This document shows positions 36,334 through 45,900 of a stretch of DNA of 64,000 nucleotides, in pieces. The DNA is from Nitrosopumilus sp. (GTDB lineage Archaea > Thermoproteota > Nitrososphaeria > Nitrososphaerales > Nitrosopumilaceae). How positions within the stretch are numbered: the stretch's first letter is position 1; every line of letters begins with the position of its first letter. A model generated the notes under the pieces. The model was not told the origin of the DNA, did not search any database, and saw nothing but the letters and a program-made list of their open reading frames with translations. Both the position numbers and the translations under genes were made by a program. Location: assembly GCA_965205215.1 (NCBI GenBank), contig OZ242041.1, positions 1,888,001 to 1,952,000 of the forward strand, written 5' to 3'.

Positions 36334-37659
36334 CAGTCAACGCAAATGTGCCCCAAGAGAGGGGGCGCAAGGCTATAATGCGCGCATATGAAAAAGATCT
36401 ATATGTGACGTCTTAAGGCGGCTGATTGCGAATTGAAGAAAAGCCGCCTAAGACGATCTGCGCGGGGTTACGCGATATATCAATCTATTTTGCGTAGCCT
36501 GCAGCTGGGGGACCTGTCAAGCGCGCTGCCATTCTCGAGCAGGTACAACGCACTCTACGGCAAGGAGGACATGGACTTTGTCATGTACGAGGCGTGCATG
36601 AGGAATCGCAACGTGACCTCCATCGCGATGGACAGGAACGGCACCAACGTCGGGCAGCCCGGTGCGCGCGCCCTGCCGTGCGGCGAGCGAATGATGCAGT
36701 GGATGAGGGCCGTCGACGGCGTGAGCCTGCGCGAGCTGTTCATAAGGGACACGGGGATGTACGTGGACCGCATGAAGGCGATGGGACTGTTCAGCGGGCC
36801 CGTCGACATTGCAATCGACTTTCACTACAGGGAGAGATACGACAAGAGGGACGGCCCCGAACTGGTGCGCAAAAAGCCAAGGAACGGGACCGACAGGTTC
36901 GAGGGATATGCCACGGCTCAGTGCGTCGTCAACGGGGAAAAGCTCGTGCTCGGGGTGGTTCCGGTGCGCAAGCTCCAGTCCACCCCCGACTTCGTGCCTG
37001 AGTTAATTCACATATGCGGCCGCGTGGGGGTCGAGATCGGCCTCGTCATGATGGACCGCGAGTTCTTCAACACGGGGGTGATAAGGTACCTCAGCGAAAA
37101 CGGGATACGGTTCCTGATCCCGTGCAGGAACACCGACACCGTCGTGGACGCGCTGGGGCAGTACTCGAGAAGGGCCAGGCACCGCGTGTCGGAGCTGGAG
37201 ATAAGCGAGGGCGGCGGGGGGCGCACGGCCACGTACTGGGCCGTAATAACGGAGAGGAGGCGCAGGAAAAAACACGCGCCGTACCCGGAGCCGCCGGAGG
37301 AAAGGTACATCGCGTTTGCCACCAACGTGCCGGACGCGGACCCCGACAGGTACGGGCGGCGGTGGAACATAGAGACCGGATACAGGCTGCTTGAACAGGG
37401 CAATGCAAAGACGCGGTGCAGGGCCCCGGCGGCCCGGATGTTCTGCTTCATGTACACGTGCCTCTTTTACGACGCGTGGATAATCGCCAGGGCCCTGATG
37501 TCCCGGGCGTACCTCCTGATGGGAACCGCAAACGCCCCCGACCTCAAGTGGGGGGAGTTTGCAGGGGCCCTCCACAACCTTCTCACCGATCCGACCCTCG
37601 AGCCGAAGCCCCCGCCAGACCTGCCGGAGGGCTTGTTCGAGTCACATTTGCGTTGACTG
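36334..37659 (+). mobile_element. Complete ISH3-like (IS4 superfamily) insertion sequence, 1326 bp
   Basis: Perfect 17-bp TIRs (CAGTCAACGCAAATGTG 36334-36350 / CACATTTGCGTTGACTG 37643-37659) flanked by a 5-bp direct repeat TACAA (36329-36333, 37660-37664). Confidence 0.95.
36433..37656 (+). CDS. DDE transposase (ISH3-like)
   Basis: IAIDFH, VMMDREFF, YGRRWNIETGYR (Y-2-R-3-E signature); stop lies inside the right TIR. Confidence 0.92.
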   Translation: MKKSRLRRSARGYAIYQSILRSLQLGDLSSALPFSSRYNALYGKEDMDFVMYEACMRNRNVTSIAMDRNGTNVGQPGARALPCGERMMQWMRAVDGVSLRELFIRDTGMYVDRMKAMGLFSGPVDIAIDFHYRERYDKRDGPELVRKKPRNGTDRFEGYATAQCVVNGEKLVLGVVPVRKLQSTPDFVPELIHICGRVGVEIGLVMMDREFFNTGVIRYLSENGIRFLIPCRNTDTVVDALGQYSRRARHRVSELEISEGGGGRTATYWAVITERRRRKKHAPYPEPPEERYIAFATNVPDADPDRYGRRWNIETGYRLLEQGNAKTRCRAPAARMFCFMYTCLFYDAWIIARALMSRAYLLMGTANAPDLKWGEFAGALHNLLTDPTLEPKPPPDLPEGLFESHLR

Positions 37660-37703
37660 TACAAACAGATATTCATAAATTGCAGCGCGGAGGTTATTTA
37701 ATC

Positions 37704-38114
37704 ATGGCTACCATAACCGCATGCACGGTGCCCGAGGTCATCGACATGGCAAGGCGCGCGGGACTCGGAGAGGTCGCGGACCGCATAGACTACCTGCACA
37801 AGCTTCCGGTGGACAATGATGACGACCCGATGGATCCAGACTCTGCAAGGTCGCTTGTGTCCTTTCTGGTAAAGCACCATGAGGAATTGCCAGAGACAGG
37901 AATAACAATGAACCCCGAAGGGCACGTGCACGGGCACTGGGAATTTACAAAGGACAGCGACGTGGCAGTCCAGTTCCTGCCATCCGGGGATGTCTGGTTT
38001 GATTATGCGTCCAGGGACGCAGATACCAGACACTTCAGGTCGCGCGAGTCGGGGACAGTTACACCGGACGACATGCTCAAAAAGATCATGCCGCTTGTCA
38101 ACAGTGCGATGTGA
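37704..38114 (+). CDS. Hypothetical acidic protein, candidate antitoxin
   Basis: Start MATITAC downstream of a CATAAAT box; acidic; PEGHVHGHW...VAVQFLPSG; 3 nt upstream of the next gene. Confidence 0.7.
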   Translation: MATITACTVPEVIDMARRAGLGEVADRIDYLHKLPVDNDDDPMDPDSARSLVSFLVKHHEELPETGITMNPEGHVHGHWEFTKDSDVAVQFLPSGDVWFDYASRDADTRHFRSRESGTVTPDDMLKKIMPLVNSAM

Positions 38115-38117
38115 GCC

Positions 38118-38558
38118 ATGATCGATGTCAGCCGCCTCGACTTTTTAGCTCGGTACTGTCGTCCCGGCTCTGTCAGGAATGGCATGCCGGACGAAAACGC
38201 CTTTTGGATCAAGCCTGCCGAGGAATACCTCTCCGTCAACGTCCTGCCGGAAGGCCTGGGAGTAGAGGCGGGGCTTGTGCAAATCAGAAAAATACTTGAC
38301 AAAAAGAGGTTTGAGACAAGGCCCAACGGCCGGTTTGCAGTCTTCAATACGGGGCGCGTCATACAGTACATACGTGAATACGAAAAATTGGATGTCAGAG
38401 TAGAACACATGCCCTCGCCTGACGATCCGACCCATGTGGGCATCGCGCCTGCAGAAAGATACGACAAGAATGCATGGCATGAGTCGACGCGCATGATGGC
38501 GCGTGCCTTGTCACAGTTTCTTATAGAAAATCCCGACTCCGTGTACCCGGTACGTTAA
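38118..38558 (+). CDS. Hypothetical protein, possible Tse2/ART-like toxin
   Basis: LARY...NAF...YLSVN...DDPTHVGI gives an R-S-H arrangement reminiscent of ART-fold toxins. Confidence 0.55.
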   Translation: MIDVSRLDFLARYCRPGSVRNGMPDENAFWIKPAEEYLSVNVLPEGLGVEAGLVQIRKILDKKRFETRPNGRFAVFNTGRVIQYIREYEKLDVRVEHMPSPDDPTHVGIAPAERYDKNAWHESTRMMARALSQFLIENPDSVYPVR

Positions 38559-38668
38559 CCACACACCGGCACCGCACGGCTACCCGGCCCTACCCGAACC
38601 GGCCGGATCCGGGCATTGGCGAGATCGGGACAATTCGGAGCTGTGCCGCAGGCTGTCCGGCCGTCGGG

Positions 38669-38684
38669 AAAAATAAGAAAAAAA
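38669..38684 (-). terminator. Oligo-T terminator of the pilin gene
   Basis: Minus strand TTTTTTTCTTATTTTT, about 17 nt after the stop. Confidence 0.55.
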
Positions 38685-38700
38685 GAGGGGGTGCCGCAGG

Positions 38701-39213
38701 CTACTGCGGCGATATTACCTTGGTCTGGGAGTACGTGCCTCCCCCGGCAATGTCGGCCCTGACCTCGACCAGGTACTTTTGGCCGATGGTGAGGCGGTGG
38801 TCCCTGTCGTTCTCCACGCTCGCGGTCTGGTTTGCCGAGCGGTCCTCCGTGTCCCCGACGAAGATCTTCTCGTTTACGGTAGCCGTGACCCCGGAGTGTA
38901 TGCCTGCGGGCTCAAACGCGGCTATGAACAGGTCGTCCTCGTCTACGCTCCTGTCGCCTATGTCAAGCGTGACTATGACCACTGCGTTGCTGATGTCCGT
39001 GTTGCCGGAGTTCTTGATCATGCCCGTGATGTACGAGGTGCTCCCGGTGTTCTGGATGTTGAGCCGCTTTATCTCCACCGCATCGAGGACCAGTCCGGTC
39101 GTTACGATGTCGGTGGTGGTTGTGGCCAGGATGCCCCCGATCGACACCACTATACCGATCAGTATTATGGTGACGATCATCCCGGAGATGGCCTGGCGCG
39201 GTTGGTTCTCCAT
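38701..39213 (-). CDS. Archaeal type IV pilin-like protein
   Basis: Class III signal peptide MENQPRQA|ISGMIVTIILIGIVVSIGGIL, then IKNSGNTDI and LTIGQKYLVEV beta-sandwich. Confidence 0.82.
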   Translation of the reverse strand: MENQPRQAISGMIVTIILIGIVVSIGGILATTTTDIVTTGLVLDAVEIKRLNIQNTGSTSYITGMIKNSGNTDISNAVVIVTLDIGDRSVDEDDLFIAAFEPAGIHSGVTATVNEKIFVGDTEDRSANQTASVENDRDHRLTIGQKYLVEVRADIAGGGTYSQTKVISPQ

Positions 39214-39398
39214 GTCGTGTACCGCCCGGTTTGCATAAAAGGGGAAGGATGCGCAACGACCGGGTGCCGGTGCGCGCAACGCGGCGCCGGCTCATGCCGC
39301 GCCGCCCACCCATGCACGGCGAGGCCGGCATGCCTGCGGAACTGCAGCACCGGGCGCGACTTTTAATTTTTTATAGTATGGCAGGGGCAATATCTGTG

Positions 39399-40583
39399 AT
39401 GGCCCAAACCGATACCGGCACCGTACCGCCCGGCAGGAGGCAGATGAGGCTGGCGCCCGAAGTGTTGAGGTGGGCCCGCGAGCGCGCCAGCATCGGAGTG
39501 GAGGATCTGGCGAAAAAAATCCCCGCCAAGCCCAAGAACGTGGAGGAGTGGGAACGCACTGGGCAGATATCGCGAAAGCAGGCAGAGAGGCTTTCCGCCT
39601 CCACACACACGCCGTTTGGTTACCTGTTCATGAAAAAGCCCGTACGCGAGGACCTGCCAATCGTAGACTTTCGTACGCGCGGCGGCAGTACCCGGCAGCG
39701 CCGCCCCAGCCCCGGCCTCCTGTCCACGATATACAGCATGCAGCGCAGGCGGGACTGGATGCGCAGCTACATGATCGAGTATGACGTGGAGCCTCCCGGG
39801 TTTGTGGGAAAGTACAGTAAAAGCAGCCCGTCGGCAGGCGAGATCGCCGGCGGGATGCGAAATGCCCTGGGCCTAGAACCCGAATGGTCTGCAAGGCACG
39901 GCACGTGGGAGCGCGCCTTTTCACACCTGCTCGGGAGCATGGACGGCGCGGGCGTGATGCGGACTGTCACCGGCGTCGTCGGAGGTAACACGCACCACAA
40001 GCTCGATCCGGATGAATTCCAGGGGTTCGCGCTGACAGACGACTACGCGCCGCTCGTGTTTGTCAACGGCGCGGACCACAAAGCCGCGCAGATGTTCACT
40101 GCGGCGCACGAGCTCGCCCACGTATTCATCGGAGCGGAGGGGCTGTCTGCCCTGGACCGCACCATGCCCATACACGACGATCCAAAGGAGCGGCTCTGCA
40201 ACAAGATCGCAGCCGAATTTCTGGTCTCCACGGATGCACTGGATGAATTTTTGTCCAAAAAAGACGCCAATCCGAGGAGCGTGGCGGCCCACTTCAAGGT
40301 CAGCACCATAGTGGCCGCCCGGCGCATGCTTGACACAGGGTCGATGAGCCAGGCGGGCTTTGATGAATTTTATGCCGAGTATACAGGTCGGCAGCTGGAT
40401 GCGCAGAAGACAGCGGGAGGAAACTATTGGAACAACGTGAGTTATCGCACAAGTCCGACGTTTGGAAAGGCCGTGGTACGGGCCGTAATGGAGGATCGCC
40501 TGTCATACACGGCCGCATACAGCCTTACTGACATGCGCGGTTCCACGTTTGAGGAATACGCGGAGAGGATGCTGTCCGGATGA
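39399..40583 (+). CDS. XRE-HTH + ImmA/IrrE metallopeptidase
   Basis: EVLRWARERASI...VEEWER HTH, DFR, EFQGFALTDDYAPLVFVNGAD, FTAAHELAH, ERLCNKIAAEFLV. Confidence 0.9.
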   Translation: MAQTDTGTVPPGRRQMRLAPEVLRWARERASIGVEDLAKKIPAKPKNVEEWERTGQISRKQAERLSASTHTPFGYLFMKKPVREDLPIVDFRTRGGSTRQRRPSPGLLSTIYSMQRRRDWMRSYMIEYDVEPPGFVGKYSKSSPSAGEIAGGMRNALGLEPEWSARHGTWERAFSHLLGSMDGAGVMRTVTGVVGGNTHHKLDPDEFQGFALTDDYAPLVFVNGADHKAAQMFTAAHELAHVFIGAEGLSALDRTMPIHDDPKERLCNKIAAEFLVSTDALDEFLSKKDANPRSVAAHFKVSTIVAARRMLDTGSMSQAGFDEFYAEYTGRQLDAQKTAGGNYWNNVSYRTSPTFGKAVVRAVMEDRLSYTAAYSLTDMRGSTFEEYAERMLSG

Positions 40584-41083
40584 GTCCCGCCAACGACGCG
40601 TTCGTGCTGGACGCGAACGTGTTCATCAGCGCAAACAACATGTATTACGCGCCGGATCTGTGCGCCGAGTTCTGGGGGCGCCTGGCAGGCTGCAGCAAGG
40701 AGAGGTCCGTGCTCAGCATAGACAGGGTCTATGACGAACTAGCACGCCGGGAAGACGGGCTGTCTGCGTGGTCCCGCAAGAACAGATCCATGTTTGCATC
40801 GACGCACGATGATCAGACGGAAGAAAAGTATGCCGACATGGCCGAATGGGCCAGACAGGGGCAATACCGTGTTGAGGCACTGGAGGAGTTTGGCGGCGCG
40901 GCAGACGGATGGCTTGCCGCCTTTGCATCCGTTACCGGCGCCACACTGGTCACGCACGAGCAGCCCGCGCCAAGGTCGCTCAACCACGTAAAATTGCCTG
41001 ACGTCTGCAGGGAATTTGGCATCCCGTACGTGAACACGTTTGACATGCTGCGCAGGCTTGGGATACAGCTGTGCCCCGCGTGA
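40580..41083 (+). CDS. DUF4411-family PIN-domain protein
   Basis: FVLDANVFI, YY...FW, VYDEL, ADGWLAAFA, LVTHE, KLPDVC; ATGA overlap with the upstream gene. Confidence 0.88.
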   Translation: MSPANDAFVLDANVFISANNMYYAPDLCAEFWGRLAGCSKERSVLSIDRVYDELARREDGLSAWSRKNRSMFASTHDDQTEEKYADMAEWARQGQYRVEALEEFGGAADGWLAAFASVTGATLVTHEQPAPRSLNHVKLPDVCREFGIPYVNTFDMLRRLGIQLCPA

Positions 41084-41273
41084 CGCCGACTCTTGCGTGC
41101 GCCGCACCATGGATGCCGGCCTGGCCGCGCGCAGTATCCTCGGCGCGCGCTAGGACGGCAGGTCTTGTCATGCAGCGTTCGGCGCCGTGACGGCGTCCAA
41201 TGAACGCCCGGTTCCCCCTCATGCAAGCCAGCCGACCGCGCACCGAAAAGCGCATGCGGCTCCAAAAAAAAAG

Positions 41274-42962
41274 TCAGACGGGCAGCGCGACTCCCGCAAG
41301 CCTGTCATAGTACAGCATGCACATTATTGCCACCAGCAGCACCCCCGTGTGCAGGCTGTGCAGTATGGTTGCATGCCTGATCTGCGAGACCAGCACCATC
41401 GAGCAGAACGCCCCCACCACGACAAGCACCAGGTTCAGCTCCGCAAGCAGCCCGCCCAGGTCATACCCCAGGTATGAGGCGCCCGATACCGTTTCGGCGT
41501 CCGGGGCGGCGGAGCCCGCCAGAACGTCGAGCGCTGCGAACTGGTCAAAGCTCATCACCGGGATCATCATAATCATCATCACCACGATGACGGATCCCAT
41601 GTACCCGGTCATCAGCGGCGTCGCGGTCTTGGCCGACATCTCCCTTTTGGTCTCGACGTGGTGCGACGCGAACAGAGCCAGCCTGTCCAGGACGGCGGGC
41701 GTGACAGAGCCGCTACGCGCGGCCTGCGCCATCAGCATCATGACGCAGTCGGCAAGCCACGAGCCCGTGCGCACGTCCCCGAGCGCCCGGGATATCTCGA
41801 CGCCCAGTAGGACGCGGGACTTGACATCCCGCAGGACGGCGTTGAACTGCTCCGTGTACGGGGCCATCCCCTCCGTGGATACGAACGCCGCAAAAAGGCT
41901 CGGGTTTGAGCGCATCTTCTGGTTGATGTCCCTCACGAACGCGGGCACCGACCTCTCCAGGGCCGACATGCCCGCGAGGCGCCCGCGGGACATGCAGTGG
42001 TTTGCGATGCACCATACGGCAAGCGGGACTGCCGCCGTCTCCCACCATGACATGCCAAGCAGGAAGCAGGTTGTGCCCCCGGCGCCCGCCGCCATCACGG
42101 GCATCCTGCGGACGGGTATCCTGCCCGCCGGCACGGGGGATGCTGCCGCCGCCCTTGCCACCAGCACAGCGGTGACGGCGGGCACCGCCAGGATGCCGGA
42201 CGCGCACAGAAACAGGAGCGTGTACTGGTCCATCATTATCCCCCCGACCACGACGAATATCGGGAACATCGCCAGCCCGAACGACCCGACCGTGGCAAGC
42301 ATCTCGGCCGTCGACGCGTACGCGTCCATCCGCTGTCTGGCGGCCGTGTGGTACTCCCGGAGCCTCTCGTGCAGGTATGCCGAGGTGCCGACTCCCCCCG
42401 TGGTCTGCGACACGGCATAGCCGCGCACAAAGTCCCGGAATGCCACAGACGGGTGCGTTGTACCGAGGTCGTGCAGCACGTCTGCAAACGACCTTGAGAA
42501 CACCCGCATCTCGCGGCGTATCACCAGGGACTCGCGGTGCATGGCGGGGAACATCGGGCCGCCGCCCTTGAGCGCCTCAAAGGCGCCGTGCAGCCCGCGG
42601 CCGGTCTTCTCCATTATGTCGCAGTATATGGCAAAAAAGAAGAGCTCCGAGTCCGCGCCGGCCGCCCTCTTGCGCGCGGCATCGCGGAGCCCCGCACCCT
42701 TCATGAAGAACAGGGCCACGGGGGCCGACAGGAACACGAACGCGTGCGGCATTCCCGTTACGGCATACAGGATTACGGAGACGCAGACTGCCGGCATGAC
42801 ACTGAGAAGCGCGGCGCCAACGGATTCCGTGGCCCGCTGGCGCGGGGAGGCCGCGATGCCGGCTACAGGAATGTCCCGCGAGTAGCGCCCCGCGAGGTAT
42901 CGGTGCGCCCGCCTGACGATGCCAAGCCTCAGCATGGCATGCACGGCGCCGCTTGCAATCAT
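41274..42962 (-). CDS. Type II secretion F-domain (TadC/FlaJ-like) pilus assembly membrane platform
   Basis: Two repeats of TM bundle plus cytoplasmic domain (ELFFFAIY...HPSVAFRDFVRGY; LERSVPAFVRDI...GVEISRAL); 9-T run right after the stop. Confidence 0.82.
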   Translation of the reverse strand: MIASGAVHAMLRLGIVRRAHRYLAGRYSRDIPVAGIAASPRQRATESVGAALLSVMPAVCVSVILYAVTGMPHAFVFLSAPVALFFMKGAGLRDAARKRAAGADSELFFFAIYCDIMEKTGRGLHGAFEALKGGGPMFPAMHRESLVIRREMRVFSRSFADVLHDLGTTHPSVAFRDFVRGYAVSQTTGGVGTSAYLHERLREYHTAARQRMDAYASTAEMLATVGSFGLAMFPIFVVVGGIMMDQYTLLFLCASGILAVPAVTAVLVARAAAASPVPAGRIPVRRMPVMAAGAGGTTCFLLGMSWWETAAVPLAVWCIANHCMSRGRLAGMSALERSVPAFVRDINQKMRSNPSLFAAFVSTEGMAPYTEQFNAVLRDVKSRVLLGVEISRALGDVRTGSWLADCVMMLMAQAARSGSVTPAVLDRLALFASHHVETKREMSAKTATPLMTGYMGSVIVVMMIMMIPVMSFDQFAALDVLAGSAAPDAETVSGASYLGYDLGGLLAELNLVLVVVGAFCSMVLVSQIRHATILHSLHTGVLLVAIMCMLYYDRLAGVALPV

Positions 42963-42996
42963 TCTTGCGCTCCCCTCCTCCGTCTGCCACGCGCCG

Positions 42997-45900
42997 TTAC
43001 GGCCGCGTCCGGGGCGATCCCCCGCCCCCTTTTGTCACTCCGTCAAGCGCGCCGTATATCACGTAGGATATGCGCGAGCCCGCCCTCCTGCATACAACGT
43101 ACCCCGCGGCCGCCGCCGCGGCCGCCAGTATGATGTACACCACGCGCGCATAGTCCGGCTCGTACACGGCCGCCATTTCTATATCGCGGTGGGCCTGCAT
43201 GACAAACGAGGACGGCTTGCCGGGAGCCCCCTCCCAGTATGCCAGGCGCTCCGGTATGAGATACGGTATGACGTGGCCCGGCTCCGCCCTCACCTGGACG
43301 TCGGCCCCGTACGGGTATATGCCGCCGCCCGAACCGCCCGTCACGAACACCTGCACGCTGTTCTCATATATGGCGGTGACCGTTACGGTGTCGTCACCAG
43401 GCCCCACGCGTATCGCATCGTATATGCCGTCGCCGTCGCCGTCTGTAAGGTACCCCCCGCCCCCGCCGTACACCACGTCGAGCAGGCCGTACCCCGAGTC
43501 AATCGTATCTGGAAACTCGAGCTGCAGGTGCACCGGGTGGCTCAGCACGGTCTCAAACGGCGTGGCCAGTGTAGTGCCGTTGCCCAGCGAGAACTCCACC
43601 TCGAGCCCGCTGCCGCCGTCGTCTGATACGGCATCCACATTTAGCAGGACCGCCATCTCCGAATGCACGGGTACGGACACGGAGCCGGGCTCGAACCCGT
43701 CCAGGTGGCCCCGCACCACGATGACGGCATCGCCCTGGGTGGTGGGGGTGACCCGGAACACGCCGGGCGCGGTCTGCTCCGCGGGCCAGGGCGAGTCCGC
43801 CACCTCGTATGATATGGGCGGGGCGCGGGCGGCGCCTGCCGCGCCATCGCCGCCGTCATTGCCGTGCCCATCCGCAGGTGGCGGGGCGCCGGCTGCCGTC
43901 GTAATGGTAATCGGTGACACCACCCTAATCTCAAACGGCTCGCCCGCGGCGACCCGCGGCGGGGCGTCGGCCGTGAGGTTCATGAGATTGAGAAACGAGA
44001 CTATCTCTTTCTGGATGCCGCCCCCCAGATAATGCAGGATCCCGACCATGTGGGAGCCGGCTCCCGATACGGCGGCCGCCGTCCCGTTGCTGTACAGGAA
44101 TCCCGTGGCCGCGACAGAAGGTGTTACGCCGGCTCCCTCTTCTGCCGACGACGGCGCCGCCGCGCCCACCTTCTCCACCGGCACCCCGAACGGGTCCACC
44201 GTGTGGATCGCGACCGGAAAGTCCTCGCCCGAGTGCACCACGGATGGCACGGCCATCTCTATGGAGACCGGGACGCCGCCAGGCGTTATGGTGCCGCGCG
44301 CGGGGCCCGCCGCCCCGGGGCTGCCCTCCAGCGTGGCGACCACGCCCGTCTCCCCCGCGACTGCGCCGTATATGACGGCCGTGTTCGATGACGACGATGA
44401 CAGCGTGCCGACCGACACGTTCTCGACGCGGCCGTCACCAAAGGCCGCGGATATGGTCCTGTCCCGCCCGAACTCGTCATACACGTCTATTATCCGGCCC
44501 TTGCCGTCCGTAATGCTCGCCATATACAGCGGCTGCACGCCGCCAGATATGGCGGGGACCGGGACGAGCTGCAGGCGGTAGTCGGCCCCGTACGGGGCTA
44601 CCACGCGGAGCGTGCCGGTGTCCGTGCGGCCCCCCGAGGTCACGCTGACGTCGTACGCGCCCTCCCGGCCCGCAAATATCGGAAAGTCGTACGCGTTTGT
44701 GTACCTGGTCGGGTGGGCCACATGGACGGGCTGCACGAGTATGTCCCCGTGCGGCGCGGCCACCGTCACGCGGTGGTAGTCGGTCCTTGCAGGAATCAGG
44801 CGCGTGTACTCGGACTCCGTGTCTATTTTCGTGCCGTTCTCGTCGTATGTGACCGTGTGTACCGTCTCCGTCTCCAGGTGGTAAAAGCCGACCGTCCCGC
44901 GCGCGGCGTGGCTGGTCACGTCTGGATATATCCAGAACCGCACGTGGTTTGCGGGGGGCTGGTCCGGCAGCTCCCGCGGGATCTTTGGGATGCCCTGGTG
45001 CCCTCCCTGTATGGCAGAGCGGGCGTGCTCGCCTATGATGCGCTGCGCGTACTCCCGGAACGTCTCGACGGTACTGTCGCCGCACCCGGCCGGCGCTGCC
45101 GCCGCCGCCGCATTGCCGGCTCCCGCGGCGCCTGTGTCGCGCGCCGCCGTGCCGTTTTCTGGCATCTGCAGGACGCCACCGCCGTCATCTGCGCCGTCAC
45201 GGTCGGCGCCGCCATTTGCACCGCCGAACACGACCGCGCCGACGCATACCTGGGCGGACGCGACGCCGTACCCCGGTATCGTTGCAGTCAGGACGGCATG
45301 CCCGGGTTCCAGGCCCGCATAGGCCACGCCCCGGGCCACGCCGTTGCGCACCACGATCGTGTCGGAGTTTGCGTCCCTGTTTGCGGGGACGCTCTCTGTC
45401 AGCCGAACCACGTCCACGTCCGTGGTCTGGAGCTCGCCGCGTATGGTGCGCGGCGGGTGGAAGGGGCTGCCTCCCACCACCACGCCATCATCGCCATCCC
45501 CGCCCCTTTCCATCCATATCACATAGTGTATGACGCCCCCCTGCAGGACCACGTCGGGGACGGCAGCCACGTGGACCCTGACCGCGTCCCGTTCATACGC
45601 GATGCGCTCCACGTCGGCCTCCAGCCCCGCGGCCGCCGCCGTGACGGAACCGGACCCGTTGACCTGCAGCGCGAACGCCGCGTGGGTCTGCCCCTCCGCT
45701 ATGTGAACGGTCCGTGGTACTCCTATCATGCCCGACGCCGCCACCCGGACGTCCGTGTCCCGCACCGCCTGCACGGGGTACCCGTTCCCGTCAAGCATCA
45801 CCACGACCGCGGTGACATCGGACGCGGACGTCAGGTTGCCCGGCATGACCAGGTCCAGGCCCCGGGGGCCCGCATACGGCGAGAACACGGTGCCGCCTGC

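Noticed and set aside
31127-42962. Archaellum operon
   Set aside because: No FlaH, FlaF/G or archaellin signatures; the parts fit a type IV pilus/Tad-like system better.
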